5,053 nt of DNA, from the NCBI GenBank assembly GCA_003858585.1, contig RQZE01000016.1, forward strand, positions 1 through 5,053, read 5' to 3'. Shown in pieces: positions 1-5,053 of the stretch. The notes under the pieces were generated by a model that was not told the origin of the DNA, ran no database searches, and saw only the letters and a list, made by a program, of their open reading frames with translations. The stretch comes from Erysipelotrichaceae bacterium OH741_COT-311. Its GTDB lineage: Bacteria; Bacillota_I; Bacilli_A; Erysipelotrichales; Erysipelotrichaceae. Position 1 is the stretch's first letter. Each line of letters opens with the position of its first letter. A program made the translations under genes and the position numbers.

Positions 1-10
1 AAAAATAGTA

Positions 11-39
11 TTGACTTGGAGTAGAAACTTTGATATTAT
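11..39 (+). promoter_or_regulatory. rrn promoter, sigma-A/sigma-70 type with extended -10
   Basis: TTGACT at 11-16 is the -35 (5/6 to TTGACA). A 17-nt spacer follows. TG at 31-32 with one intervening base gives an extended -10, then TATTAT at 34-39 (5/6 to TATAAT). The A-rich stretch at 1-10 is UP-element-like. The predicted start is near G45/G46, about 120 nt upstream of 16S. Further upstream promoters cannot be seen because the window starts here. Confidence 0.7.
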
Positions 40-62
40 AAACAGGCACTAAACGAGGTGCA

Positions 63-89
63 CTTGATCTTTGAAAACTAAATAAGTAC
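63..89 (+). promoter_or_regulatory. Leader boxA-like element (TTGATCTTTGAAAAC, 64-78) and 5' strand of the 16S-flanking processing stem
   Basis: Positions 63-89 pair antiparallel with 1724-1750 over 27 positions: 24 Watson-Crick, 2 G.U, and 1 G.G mismatch (73/1740). The 15-mer TTGATCTTTGAAAAC recurs exactly at 1764-1778. It resembles the boxA antitermination consensus (E. coli TGCTCTTTAACAA; Bacillus-type ..TCTTTGAAAAC..). The functional assignment rests on analogy with known rrn operons. Confidence 0.6.
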
Positions 90-163
90 AAATTAAAACA
101 CAACGTCAAGCAAAAAAACGGAATAAAGTTATCGCAAGAGATAACAAAAGATAAAAGAGCAAA

Positions 164-1692
<1,529 letters not shown>

Positions 1693-1723
1693 AGGAGAAA
1701 GAAAAGAGAAGACGAAGTGAAGA

Positions 1724-1750
1724 GTACTTATTTAGTTTTGAAAGATTGAG
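1724..1750 (+). promoter_or_regulatory. 3' strand of the 16S-flanking processing stem (putative RNase III substrate)
   Basis: GTACTTATTTAGTTTTGAAAGATTGAG is complementary to leader 63-89. This includes a perfect 16-bp run, 74-89 with 1724-1739. It lies 31 nt downstream of the 16S 3' end. Confidence 0.6.
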
Positions 1751-1761
1751 AAATCTTTCAA

Positions 1762-1788
1762 GATTGATCTTTGAAAACCGAATAACAG
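1762..1788 (+). promoter_or_regulatory. Spacer boxA-like element (TTGATCTTTGAAAAC, 1764-1778) and 5' strand of the 23S-flanking processing stem
   Basis: It carries an exact 15-nt copy of the leader element. Positions 1762-1788 pair with 4871-4897 over 27 positions: 24 Watson-Crick, 2 G.U, and 1 G.G mismatch (1773/4886). Confidence 0.6.
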
Positions 1789-1921
1789 ATAGAAAAAGAC
1801 AGAAAGGTCTTTTTGAAAGTTGTAAAACTAAGTATTTCAAAAGAAAGAATTAGTAAACAGAAGAAAAAACAGTTTAAAAAAAAGAAGAACCACTTAAAAC
1901 TCGTGTTAAGTGGAAGAAAGT

Positions 1922-4818
<2,897 letters not shown>

Positions 4819-4870
4819 ACATGAGTTAAAAACGTCTGTAACACAACAAGAAGAAAAGACAATGTCTAAA

Positions 4871-4897
4871 CTGTTATTTGGTTTTGAAAGATTAATC
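4871..4897 (+). promoter_or_regulatory. 3' strand of the 23S-flanking processing stem
   Basis: CTGTTATTTGGTTTTGAAAGATTAATC is complementary to 1762-1788. It contains GTTTTGAAAGATT (4881-4893), an exact 13-nt copy of 1735-1747. It lies 52 nt downstream of the 23S 3' end. Confidence 0.55.
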
Positions 4898-4906
4898 ATC
4901 TTTCGA

Positions 4907-5021
4907 TTTGGTGACGATGGCGAAATGGTCACACCTGTTCCCATCCCGAACACAGAAGTTAAGCATTTCTGCGGCGATTATAGCTATCCCTTGCGATAGT
5001 GAAACTAGCACGTTGCCAAGT
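4907..5021 (+). rRNA. rrf: 5S ribosomal RNA (~115 nt)
   Basis: The sequence is TTTGGTGACGATGGCGAAATGGTCACACCTGTTCCCATCCCGAACACAGAAGTTAAGC...GTTGCCAAGT and aligns along its length with Bacillus-type 5S. The terminal helix 4907-4916 with 5011-5020 closes with Watson-Crick and G.U pairs. Confidence 0.93.
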
Positions 5022-5028
5022 TTTCTTT

Positions 5029-5053
5029 AAAGATATCTTTTGATATCTTTTTT
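5029..5053 (+). terminator. Possible intrinsic terminator of the rrn operon (AT-rich hairpin plus T-tract)
   Basis: AAAGATATC (5029-5037) pairs with GATATCTTT (5042-5050), a 9-bp stem with a TTTT loop. T residues follow to the window end. The stem has only two G-C pairs, so it is weak. The same bases can also be read as a tandem 10-mer, GATATCTTTT x2. The element may be truncated by the window edge. Confidence 0.4.

Larger units (their letters stand above)
1693..1921 (+). other. 16S-23S internal transcribed spacer without tRNA genes
   Basis: This 229-nt A/G-rich spacer has no cloverleaf-compatible segment and no GTTCGAATC-type T-arm. It contains the processing-stem strands at 1724-1750 and 1762-1788, plus local hairpins at 1740-1759, 1793-1814 and 1890-1913. 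Confidence 0.85.

Noticed and set aside
1793-1814. Hairpin AAAAAGAC-AGAAAG-GTCTTTTT in the spacer that looks like an intrinsic terminator; also an 8-bp hairpin CCACTTAA/TTAAGTGG at 1890-1913 just upstream of 23S
   Set aside because: Both sit in the middle of an obligatorily co-transcribed operon. The first is AT-rich, and its T-run is part of the stem rather than a trailing tract. They are more plausibly spacer folding or processing elements. I cannot assign a specific function from sequence alone.
1693-1921. Possible tRNA-Ile or tRNA-Ala in the 16S-23S spacer, and tRNAs in the 23S-5S spacer (4819-4906)
   Set aside because: I found no acceptor-stem, T-arm or anticodon-arm arrangement and no GGTTCGAATCC-like T-loop. 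The spacer is low-complexity and A/G-rich. tRNA-less spacers are a normal rrn variant.
5032-5051. Tandem direct repeat GATATCTTTT x2
   Set aside because: It has only two copies of a 10-mer, each containing the GATATC palindrome. It is better explained as the two arms of the terminator-like hairpin. It is too short for a CRISPR array, a transposon end or a satellite.

Overview
The whole window is one complete ribosomal RNA operon on the + strand. In order it holds a near-consensus sigma-A/sigma-70 promoter (11-39), a ~120-nt leader, 16S rRNA (~164-1692), a 229-nt tRNA-less spacer, 23S rRNA (~1922-4818), an 88-nt spacer, 5S rRNA (~4907-5021), and an AT-rich hairpin with a T-tract at the window edge. 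All rRNA ends were placed by remembered alignment to E. coli and B. subtilis rRNAs and are good to about +/-3 nt. I see no credible protein-coding gene. All five ORFs in the supplied track lie inside, or start inside, rRNA genes and are rejected. I also see no tRNA, mobile element, CRISPR array, intron or intervening sequence. 16S signatures suggest a low-GC Bacillota lineage near Erysipelotrichia or the Acholeplasma/Mollicutes-related clade: GTAATACATAAG, GGGAATTTTCGGCAATGG, GCGGTAAAATGCG, CCCGTCAAACC paired with GGGGTTAAGTCG, and a short Mollicutes-like V6. The genus cannot be resolved by eye. I do not find evidence of a novel biological system; this looks like an ordinary housekeeping locus. 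Four modest observations are worth a second look. (1) A C sits at the 23S A-loop position that is U2555 in E. coli. (2) Two 27-position processing stems share a strikingly modular design, built on one repeated boxA-like core with the same G.G mismatch. (3) A perfect Shine-Dalgarno mimic lies directly after the 16S 3' end and can pair with the anti-SD in the precursor. (4) Several lineage-type substitutions occur in the decoding centre and the GTPase-associated centre.
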